DNA from: Nitrospinales bacterium
GTDB lineage: Bacteria; Nitrospinota; Nitrospinia; Nitrospinales; VA-1
Assembly (NCBI GenBank): GCA_965223345.1
Contig: CBDCWG010000012.1
Coordinates: forward strand, 672,001 to 736,000
Direction of reading: 5' to 3'
DNA length: 64,000 nucleotides
Shown: positions 1 to 7,265 of the stretch, piece after piece
Layout of the letters: each line of letters starts with the position of its first letter
How positions within the stretch are numbered: position 1 is the stretch's first letter
Made by a program: the position numbers and the translations under genes
The notes under the pieces: model-generated
What the model saw: the letters and a program-made list of their open reading frames with translations, nothing else
Told to the model about the DNA's origin: nothing
Database searches by the model: none

Positions 1-555
1 GGGTTTCTGCATGCGGACGATGTCGTAGTTTCCAACATTGTTCGCCTTGTTGCCATACAGGCCGAGGTTCATGAAGGTGACGTTGTGCGCCCAGTCGGTG
101 AAGCCGTCGCGGTGATCGAACAGGTGGCGGTTGCAGTTGTCGCCCAACTCGATGATGGTGCCGCCGCCTCCGGTAGTCAAAGGAACGCCGGAGCCGTGAA
201 AGCGGATGTTGCTGGTCAACTCCATCACATAGGTCTGGGATGGGGAAAGACCCTCACAGCTTTCCTTGAAGTTTCCCAACCCGAGATAAATGTCCCCGGC
301 GGTGCGCTTCTGGCCACCGGCACCTTCTTCCTTAAGCCGGGCTTCGAGGCAGGCGCGCACGGTGAGCTTGGCGTTGTGCCAGTTGCTGCCGTCTTTGCCG
401 TTGCTGCCCTGCTTGGAAACGTAGCAGCCCCAGTCGGAGACGGGCGGATCGCCGTACACAACGGTGCCGCCGGGGATGCCGTCCCCTTGCATGGACGCAA
501 ACGCCGGTGCGGCGAAAAAGAACGAGATCCCTAAAAACAACACGATTTTTTTCAC
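1..555 (-). CDS. Secreted right-handed beta-helix (pectin-lyase-like/tailspike-like) protein, 3' end outside window
   Basis: Not in the ORF track because it is open at the window edge. Manual translation from GTG at 555 gives MKKIVLFLGISFFFAAPAFA (Sec signal peptide, AFA cleavage) then YVSKQGSNGKDGSNWHNAKLTV and GDIYLGLGNF...NIRFHGSG...GTIIELGD, typical of beta-helix N-terminal caps. Starts 7 nt after the stop of the 563-1936 gene. Confidence 0.7.
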   Translation of the reverse strand, partial: MKKIVLFLGISFFFAAPAFASMQGDGIPGGTVVYGDPPVSDWGCYVSKQGSNGKDGSNWHNAKLTVRACLEARLKEEGAGGQKRTAGDIYLGLGNFKESCEGLSPSQTYVMELTSNIRFHGSGVPLTTGGGGTIIELGDNCNRHLFDHRDGFTDWAHNVTFMNLGLYGNKANNVGNYDIVRMQKP

Positions 556-562
556 GCTTCCC

Positions 563-1936
563 TCATGGAATGGTTGTCACAACCTTATTGTATTTCGTAC
601 CCAGACACGAAGAAAAACTATTCGCTTCGGCCGTGGTCAATGCCGGGTCGAACAGGGCGATCTCGGCGATGCGCCCCTGCAGCTCGCGGCTGCCGGTGGC
701 CCGGTTGCCGATATGAAAACCGGAGGTGCCGAACTCGTTGGCCCCGGCATCGCCGGAAGCCACCGGGCTGCCGCCGTTCTCGTAAATCGCCGAACTCACG
801 CCGTTGGCGAGGAAGCGGGAAATGATCGGATCGTCAAACCCGGAATTGGTGTCGGTGATCGTGGTCCCGGCCTCAAAAGGCAGGTCGTCACCGGATACGG
901 TTGGAATGCTGGACGGGCTGTTGTCGTTGTCGGCGAACAAACGCGGGAAATCCGAAGACGCGGTGCCCTCAACGTCCCAAACGATCCACAGATCCCAATC
1001 CTGCGAAGTCGCCGCAGCCAAGGTGGCCACCAGTTCCATGCCGGTGTCATCGCCGGGGAAATCGACCACTCCGCGGTTGTTGTAGTCCGCATCGGAAGCG
1101 ACAAAATCCGGTTTTTCCCCGGCCGTCGCCTGCACCGCGTGCGCGTCCTTGCCGCTTTTGTCCCACCACTGATCCACCTCCAGCGTGGACAGCGTGAAGT
1201 GGTTCGAATCAGCGGCTTCCAGCCAAAGTTGCAGCTTGACGTTGTGGTCCTGCGCCGAGCACGCATAATTTGCGGAGTTGCCGATCAGGTGCACCTGCGG
1301 GTTGTCGATGCGCCAGGTATCGCTCACATCCTCGGTCGTGAGTATCAGATCGCCCCAGGCCATGCCGGCCTTGCCGATGGCGGTTATGGATGAATCCGTC
1401 ACTCGCGCAATCTCAACGCCGTTCACATAGACGGCGATATTGTCGGCATCGCAGCGTATCTCGGCGCGGTCGCCATCGGTGGGCGTGCGGGCCACCCCCT
1501 GCATGAGCTTCGTCGGCGTGCCCGATACGATCTTGTACAGACTCACGTCCTTGTTTGCGCCGGTGAACCGGGCCCAATAGCCGTCCGTGTCGCCGGTGGT
1601 GCGGCAACCGATGAAAAAAGGATCGTCGGCGTCAGCGTCCACCGTCTTGAGATCCACGGCAAACCCGTAATTCGCATCGGTCGGCGCGGGAGACAAAGAA
1701 TAAACGATCCGGTCGTCCTCTTTCGCTTCCAGATTCCAGCCGATCTGCCGGGTGGGGTCGTGGTGGTCCAGCACCGGAACTTTGCCGCCGTTTTCACGCA
1801 GGGTCTTTTTGAACGCGCCGCGGTCCACGACGTCGCCGCCCTGATCGACATCTCCGAATGTCGAGGCGTAGCCGGTGAATTCGCCGGTGTCTCCCACCCG
1901 GTCCACTTTCAGCGGAAAGGATTTGATCTCCTTCAT
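563..1936 (-). CDS. Chimeric protein: N-terminal half of an HK97-family prohead protease fused to ConA/LamG-like beta-sandwich domains
   Basis: aa 1-76 (GEFTGYASTFGDVDQGGDVVDRGAFKKTL...VPVLDHHD...IGW..AKEDDR) match the HK97 prohead protease N-terminus. The remainder has LamG-type motifs (LWLEAAD, QWWDKSG, GRIAEIALFDPALT). Overlaps the portal stop (ATGA). Confidence 0.8.
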   Translation of the reverse strand: MKEIKSFPLKVDRVGDTGEFTGYASTFGDVDQGGDVVDRGAFKKTLRENGGKVPVLDHHDPTRQIGWNLEAKEDDRIVYSLSPAPTDANYGFAVDLKTVDADADDPFFIGCRTTGDTDGYWARFTGANKDVSLYKIVSGTPTKLMQGVARTPTDGDRAEIRCDADNIAVYVNGVEIARVTDSSITAIGKAGMAWGDLILTTEDVSDTWRIDNPQVHLIGNSANYACSAQDHNVKLQLWLEAADSNHFTLSTLEVDQWWDKSGKDAHAVQATAGEKPDFVASDADYNNRGVVDFPGDDTGMELVATLAAATSQDWDLWIVWDVEGTASSDFPRLFADNDNSPSSIPTVSGDDLPFEAGTTITDTNSGFDDPIISRFLANGVSSAIYENGGSPVASGDAGANEFGTSGFHIGNRATGSRELQGRIAEIALFDPALTTAEANSFSSCLGTKYNKVVTTIP

Positions 1937-3153
1937 GCGTTCTCCTTCTGGTTCGATCGTGCCTGCCCATCCGGGAACCCGGTTTGCAAGGTTCCCGGCA
2001 GCAACAGCACATCGCCGCCTTCGAGATCCTCGAACCCCACCAGGCGGCGTTTTTCATTCACCGTCAGGAACGAGCTCTGAGCCGCCCGCTTCCACAGCGA
2101 CTGCTGGTCGTCGGCGAGCGCTTCGATGCGGTCCTTGTCGTAATCCAGGTGCAGGTCGGGCCCGAAACGCGGCAGCAGCCGATGGTTCAGGGCATCGCGA
2201 AGCCGGTTGAGCGCCGGACAGACGACCTCGGTGTACAGGGCCTTGCGGGCTTCGCGACGATTCTGATAGGTCGCGGGTTGCAGGCCGATCAACTCCGGAG
2301 GCACGTTGTAGATCTGTGCGATCTGCAGTGCGCTGAAACGCACTCCTTCGATCCAGTCCATGTCCCGGGGATGGACGCCGAGCTCTTTCCAGTCGAGGTC
2401 CTGCTCCAGCAGCAGCGGTTCGCGGGCATTGGCAAGGCCCTGGATCTGATCGCGCATTTCCTTTTTCAAGCGCTCGAACTGTTCGTCGCTCAACCGTTCC
2501 TTCGCCACCAGCGCCCCGGAAGGCACGGCGGAATTGTTCAACAGGGCGGCGTTCCATTTGTCGCCGGAATTCATCTTGTCGATGGCCAGAGCCGCGACCT
2601 GAATGGGAGACAAACCGTACCAGTCGTCCAGCGGATGAAACAGCTTCAGATGGATCACCCGGCTGCGGGGATAGTTGACCTTCTGCCCGTTGACGCTGTA
2701 CTCGTAGCCCTCGATCAGCTGCAGCGGGTGCGGCAAGACGCGCATGCGGTCCGGCCGCAACGCGTAGAGCTCGCGCGGCGGCGTTTCTTCCGATCCCGCG
2801 CCCACCAGTTCCAGGTAGGTGTTTCCTGAAAGGTAGAGATAGGACAAAACCGATTCGAAAAATTCGAATTTGCCCTGCAGCGGGTTGGGCCGTTGCATCA
2901 GCCGCAGGACGGGATGCTGCCCGATTTCCCGGAGGCCGCCGTCCGGTGAGCGCTGGAACAGCTGCCAGCTGACGCCGGCGGCGGCTTCCGCGATCTCCTT
3001 GACGCAGGCGAACACCACGCTGTTCTGGGTGAACCCTTCGCGGGCCAGGGAAACGAAATCGCCTTTCGGCGCGATTCCCCGGTTCAGCGGAACGTAAAGG
3101 GTGAGCGCCCGATGGATGGCGGACTGCTTTTTAAACCAATCAAAAATTTTCAT
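1933..3153 (-). CDS. Phage portal protein, HK97 family
   Basis: NSVVFACVKEIAEAAA, GNTY, LRPDRM, VIHLKLFHPLDDWYGLSPI, IAQIYNVPPELIG and TVNEKR motifs; located after the terminase. Confidence 0.95.
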   Translation of the reverse strand: MKIFDWFKKQSAIHRALTLYVPLNRGIAPKGDFVSLAREGFTQNSVVFACVKEIAEAAAGVSWQLFQRSPDGGLREIGQHPVLRLMQRPNPLQGKFEFFESVLSYLYLSGNTYLELVGAGSEETPPRELYALRPDRMRVLPHPLQLIEGYEYSVNGQKVNYPRSRVIHLKLFHPLDDWYGLSPIQVAALAIDKMNSGDKWNAALLNNSAVPSGALVAKERLSDEQFERLKKEMRDQIQGLANAREPLLLEQDLDWKELGVHPRDMDWIEGVRFSALQIAQIYNVPPELIGLQPATYQNRREARKALYTEVVCPALNRLRDALNHRLLPRFGPDLHLDYDKDRIEALADDQQSLWKRAAQSSFLTVNEKRRLVGFEDLEGGDVLLLPGTLQTGFPDGQARSNQKENA

Positions 3154-3205
3154 GTGTTTTCATTCTTGTCCCGATCCGGGCTGCGCATTGTCATCGAAGC
3201 AGTGT

Positions 3206-4813
3206 TCAACCGATCCTGCGGATGCGCGGACCGTCGAGCCCGCGCGAGATCAGCCCGAACAGCATTTCCAGAGCGTCGGGGCCGTCGTCGTGACTGGCCT
3301 TGGGGAAATATTTGAGCTGTTCCAAAAGCATGCGGTCCTGCCTTCTGAAACGGATGACCCCGTTTTTGATGTGGGGCTGCAATTTGGAAATCCGCAATAC
3401 CTTGTCGCCGTGCGGCCGGACCCCCTCGACAGGCAGGTACACACCGCGCTGGGCCGCTTCCCGGATCAGTTGATCCTTGAACAGCTCCTGAAACTGCACT
3501 TCCTCCACGGCGATGCGGCTGAAGTGAAACCGGCTGTGGTGATCGAGCAGGTCCTCAAGGATTTGATCGGGATGCCGCTTGCGGATGTCGGCTTCCAGGA
3601 CGTCGATGTGCCCGTCTTCCCGAACCGCCGCGAACACGATGGCGGACGGATCCGAGTGTTTTGACGCACCCCCCATCGAGGGATCGACCGCGCAGTAGAC
3701 CGGTTCCACCGTGTTTTCGCGGCAAACGAAAGGCGCCGTGTCCTCCCAATAGCGAAACCAGTCTTCCTGAAACAAACAATCCTGCGGGTTGATGGGCTCG
3801 TTCTGTTTTTCCGAGTCGAAAAAAGCGGGACCGTCCGAGACCCGCATTTTCATCAGGTAGTGGTAGTCCTCCACTTCCGGCCACAGGACCCGCGTTCCTG
3901 CCAGCATGGCTTGCGCATGATGTGAGAAAAACGCATCGGCTTTTTTTTCTGCATCGGCGGAACCCGGTTGGGAGAACAACGCCTCCCAGGTCTCCCATAA
4001 GGGGGAGTGAGACGGGGAAAGGATGGCCTGCCACTTTTTCCCCTGCCAGCCGGGCTGGGTGAGAAGCCGCGCGAGCAGGGAATCGTAGTGCAGCAGGGTG
4101 CCGATGACGATGAAGACGGTGCCGGCGGCGCCGCTTTTCATGACCGCTTTAAAAAACCATTTGCGATCCTTTTCCCGCTGTTCGGGAGAATCGATCTGCT
4201 CGTCGTTTTCCAGATCGTCCAGAATCATCAGATCCGGACGCCGGTTGCCGAACCGGGCGCCGCGCAGCCGCTTTCTCTTTCCCCAACAGGTGACTTTCAC
4301 CCCGTTGCGGGTGAGGATTTTTCCAACTTTCCAGGTGGAGCCTTCCCCGCAGACCGCCGGGAAATCCTCGCGCAGCCGCTCGTTGACTTCCAGTTCGGCT
4401 TTGATGGATTCCAGAAACTCTTCCGCCTGTTCGGTGGTGTCCGAAATCACGCCGATGAAACGGCGGTGCTTAAAGGCGATGCACCAGAGTGGCAGAATCA
4501 GGGTGGCCAGGGTCGATTTGGCATGGCCCCGGGGGGCGGCGTGCGCTTCCTTGCCTCCCTGCCCGGTGGCTTCCGCCGTGAGAATGAGGCGGCTGAACCG
4601 GGTGTAATGCGTCTCGTGCATGAGCGAGGGTTTCGCCGTGAGATGATGCGGGAAATAGGTCGTGGCGAAAAACCTCAGTTCGTTTTGCGAGCGGGCGATC
4701 CGCTCGTTTTTTTCCGGCTCCGAGCCGGGACCGAAGGGGGTGAGGGCTGCCTGGATGAGGCTGCGGATTTCCCAAAAGCCCCGTGCGAGCCGGCCTCGTT
4801 TGCTTGCAACCAT
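3206..4813 (-). CDS. Phage terminase large subunit (Mu-like prophage type)
   Basis: Walker A APRGHAKST, Walker B MILDDLE, nuclease motifs AVDPS and HDDGPDA; N-terminal FFATTYFPHH is characteristic of Mu-like prophage terminases. Confidence 0.93.
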   Translation of the reverse strand: MVASKRGRLARGFWEIRSLIQAALTPFGPGSEPEKNERIARSQNELRFFATTYFPHHLTAKPSLMHETHYTRFSRLILTAEATGQGGKEAHAAPRGHAKSTLATLILPLWCIAFKHRRFIGVISDTTEQAEEFLESIKAELEVNERLREDFPAVCGEGSTWKVGKILTRNGVKVTCWGKRKRLRGARFGNRRPDLMILDDLENDEQIDSPEQREKDRKWFFKAVMKSGAAGTVFIVIGTLLHYDSLLARLLTQPGWQGKKWQAILSPSHSPLWETWEALFSQPGSADAEKKADAFFSHHAQAMLAGTRVLWPEVEDYHYLMKMRVSDGPAFFDSEKQNEPINPQDCLFQEDWFRYWEDTAPFVCRENTVEPVYCAVDPSMGGASKHSDPSAIVFAAVREDGHIDVLEADIRKRHPDQILEDLLDHHSRFHFSRIAVEEVQFQELFKDQLIREAAQRGVYLPVEGVRPHGDKVLRISKLQPHIKNGVIRFRRQDRMLLEQLKYFPKASHDDGPDALEMLFGLISRGLDGPRIRRIG

Positions 4814-5166
4814 GTTTGCCTGACTTTTTCTGCGATCGCATCCAGGGACTCTCCCAGGGTTTCAGCTGCCTCGGTCTCTCCTTTCTCGATGAGTGTGGAC
4901 ACCGTGGCTTTCAAAAAATCGATCAAGAGGGCTTCGGGGTCGAGAGCGCGGGACTGCAGCCGGGCTTTATGGATGGCGATGATTTTGCCGACGTAGCTGC
5001 AGTAAACCCGGTGCGTCTGCAGGTGGTCCGGCGTCTGCCGGAGCTGCCGGTAGAGGCTGTTCTTGCCTTCGCAGAGCTCCGCCAGCACCCCTTCCAGGCT
5101 CTCATCGCCTGAGGTTTTCCGGGATCCCACTTGGTGAGGCCTCGTTGTTGTGCGGCTCGAATGCAT
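4675..5166 (-). CDS. Putative terminase small subunit (DUF1804/Mu gp27-like C-terminal part), possibly degenerate
   Basis: Helical segment LDPEALLIDFLKATVSTLIEKGETEAAETLGESLDAIAEKVRQTW directly upstream of the large subunit; the ORF runs 139 nt into terL, suggesting a lost stop codon. Confidence 0.45.
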   Translation of the reverse strand: MHSSRTTTRPHQVGSRKTSGDESLEGVLAELCEGKNSLYRQLRQTPDHLQTHRVYCSYVGKIIAIHKARLQSRALDPEALLIDFLKATVSTLIEKGETEAAETLGESLDAIAEKVRQTWLQANEAGSHGAFGKSAASSRQPSPPSVPARSRKKTSGSPARKTN

Positions 5167-5515
5167 CCTGAGTCAGGTTGGCGGCGGGGGTTTTCTCGAT
5201 GCGATAGAACCCGTCGCGCGGCACCCGCAAATAACGGGGATCCGGATCGGCGCAGGGACTCCCACGGGCAACGAACTCGAGCACGGCGCGATACACGCGA
5301 AAATCCACGGTGCCATCGCGATCGCGGTCATAACCGAAGACGATCTGCCGGGTGGGCAGCGTGGCGATCTCCACGATTTCCTCAAAGGAAGGCTCTCCCT
5401 CGAGAAAATCCGCATCCGCCATGCAGGGGTTCGGGCTGAACAGGACGAGCATGCTCTCCGCGTAGAGCAGCGCTTTCAAGCCGCGCTCGTAAATGGTGTG
5501 AAGAGAGGAAATCAT
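5102..5515 (-). CDS. Hypothetical phage protein
   Basis: Co-oriented ORF between the lysis and packaging genes; contains YDRDRDGTVD. Confidence 0.55.
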   Translation of the reverse strand: MISSLHTIYERGLKALLYAESMLVLFSPNPCMADADFLEGEPSFEEIVEIATLPTRQIVFGYDRDRDGTVDFRVYRAVLEFVARGSPCADPDPRYLRVPRDGFYRIEKTPAANLTQDAFEPHNNEASPSGIPENLRR

Positions 5516-5528
5516 GACATCGCAATTT

Positions 5529-5819
5529 TCAGTAGCGGCAATCCTGTTGATTGATCCTGCGGATCACACACCAGTGTTTGAAGTTCACGGACTCGAGCCG
5601 GATCACATAGTTCCTGAGCGCCTGGTAGTCGGGGTTGCGCAGGCAGCGATCGCCGTTGCCGGGCCGTATCCAATGGATGTCCGGGAAGGGGCCCGCCGTG
5701 TAGGTCGGGAAACCGGCGCCGGTATCAGGAACGGTCCCGCAGCCAGGGCTCATCCACACGATCAGGATCCATGCCGTCGTCCTGACGGCCCTGCGAAAGT
5801 GCCTGGTGCATCCTTTCAT
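5529..5819 (-). CDS. Putative o-spanin (Rz1-like outer-membrane lipoprotein)
   Basis: Basic N-region, hydrophobic stretch, lipobox-like SPGC, Pro-rich mature part with extra Cys; overlaps the 3' end of the Rz-like gene in another frame. Confidence 0.6.
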   Translation of the reverse strand: MKGCTRHFRRAVRTTAWILIVWMSPGCGTVPDTGAGFPTYTAGPFPDIHWIRPGNGDRCLRNPDYQALRNYVIRLESVNFKHWCVIRRINQQDCRY

Positions 5820-5997
5820 CTTCGATCCTCGATCTGTCGTTGAGTTCCCGGTAGAGCGCTTCCTGTTCCGATTTGCGAGCGAGTTTTTCTTCGAGCTTCC
5901 CGGATCTTTTGGCCTGCCGCCACACCCACCAGCGTAAAAAGCCGCTCAGAACCGCCAACGCGGCGGCGATCCAGGCCAGAATGGCGACCACACTCAT
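5725..5997 (-). CDS. Putative i-spanin (Rz-like)
   Basis: Single N-terminal TM helix followed by a charged coiled-coil-like segment; lies downstream of the endolysin and holin. Confidence 0.6.
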   Translation of the reverse strand: MSVVAILAWIAAALAVLSGFLRWWVWRQAKRSGKLEEKLARKSEQEALYRELNDRSRIEDERMHQALSQGRQDDGMDPDRVDEPWLRDRS

Positions 5998-6055
5998 GAT
6001 CCGTCTCCCACGCTGTGAAGATTTTCAATGAAGTTATTAAAAGTCCGTTCGGGCG

Positions 6056-6265
6056 CTAATCTGCGGAATGATGATTTTTATCGCCGTTTTTCGCATGTCC
6101 CCGGGAGAGGATATAGGTGATCACCGCGCCAATTCCGGCGGCCAGAAATTCGCTCCCCTGTTCGGTGAAACCGTACCCCAAAGCGGAGGCGATCGATGCG
6201 GCTACCGTGAGCCAAAACTCCGTGGTTTTGTACCCTGGGTTCTGCTTTTTTTCGATCAGAGGCAT
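6056..6265 (-). CDS. Putative holin (small two-TM membrane protein)
   Basis: 69 aa, two hydrophobic segments, PGYKTTEFWL motif, charged C-tail; adjacent to the endolysin. Confidence 0.6.
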   Translation of the reverse strand: MPLIEKKQNPGYKTTEFWLTVAASIASALGYGFTEQGSEFLAAGIGAVITYILSRGHAKNGDKNHHSAD

Positions 6266-6312
6266 GGTTTTTTATCCTTTCTTTCGTTCAAACCGGCAGC
6301 GGATTTTAACGC

Positions 6313-6744
6313 TCATCCCGCTTTGCCGTTCGTATCCAGACTTGGAGAAGCTTTTTTTAATGAATGGTTTGTGGATGGCGATCCGGAATAAAGCCAGAGC
6401 CGGGATTGAGGTTTTTCAGGATCCGAATCCACGTGAATGAAATCACGGCCCAAACCGATCCGTGTGAACCCCGCATGGAGCAAGGCCCGCAAAAGCGAAA
6501 ACCGCTGCCCGGAGGATTCGCACTTAAGATCCGCAGCCCAGCCCCGGAGGTGAGAACTTGTGGTTTTGCCTCCGACGTTGCGGTTGTGCGTTTCACACCG
6601 GCAACCCGAATTCACGTGCAGGGGTCCGTGGTCCTTACGGGCCATTTGCAGACGATTCACCAATGCGTTTTGAATCGCGTCGAATCCACAGCCACACAAG
6701 CACGCAAATTCTGTACGCGAAAAATCCTTTGTGAGGTCTCCCAT
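6313..6744 (-). CDS. Peptidase M15 family (zinc peptidase) endolysin
   Basis: FSRTEFACLCGCG, NSGCRCETHNRNVGG, SSHLRGWAAD and FIHVD motifs (H-D-H Zn ligands). Likely start is the ATG at 6744. Confidence 0.9.
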   Translation of the reverse strand: MGDLTKDFSRTEFACLCGCGFDAIQNALVNRLQMARKDHGPLHVNSGCRCETHNRNVGGKTTSSHLRGWAADLKCESSGQRFSLLRALLHAGFTRIGLGRDFIHVDSDPEKPQSRLWLYSGSPSTNHSLKKASPSLDTNGKAG

Positions 6745-6763
6745 CGATCGACTCGCTGCATGC

Positions 6764-6804
6764 AAAAGAAGGAAAAGAGCCGCGCCTCAAAGCGACGGCT
6801 CTTT
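6764..6804 (-). terminator. Intrinsic terminator in the leader of the phage late operon
   Basis: Minus strand AAAGAGCCG-TCGC-TTTGAG-GCG-CGGCTCTTT followed by TCCTTCTTTT, about 20 nt upstream of the endolysin ATG. Confidence 0.65.
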
Positions 6805-7181
6805 CGGGTCGGGAAGGCTTTCCCCGATGCGCATTGGGGAGGGGTGGCGTTATTTTTTTATTCTGATAGAAAACCGTGATTGAATTCTGCCGTGCGCGTT
6901 CCATTCATTTGCAATCCGCACCCGTTTTGACACCATCGGCGGGAAACCCGCGCGGGGCGTGGGTTTTATCCCCTTACCCAATGTCAAAACGACAAGGTAA
7001 TAAATCTGTAAATCGTTTTATCTAAACGGGGTGAGGGTTTCTTTTTGCAGGTGGCAGCTGAGAAACCGCGCTCATTTGAAGGAGGGATTGTCGAAACAAA
7101 TTGGAGGTGAAAATTACTTGAAAAAAAACTTTTGTTAAGTTTGGACTTATTGAAATATTAAATCGTTTGCTGCTTTTGCGG

Positions 7182-7210
7182 TTGATTTTGCAAAATCCGT
7201 TTTATATATT
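7182..7210 (+). promoter_or_regulatory. Putative sigma70 promoter of dnaA, overlapped by the palindrome GATTTTGCAAAATC
   Basis: TTGATT (7182-7187)-N17-TATATT (7205-7210); perfect 14-bp palindrome at 7184-7197. Confidence 0.5.
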
Positions 7211-7265
7211 ACCCGCTACTTTCCCTCCGGCCGGTGTTTATCTTTAACTTTCTTTTTTCCAAACT

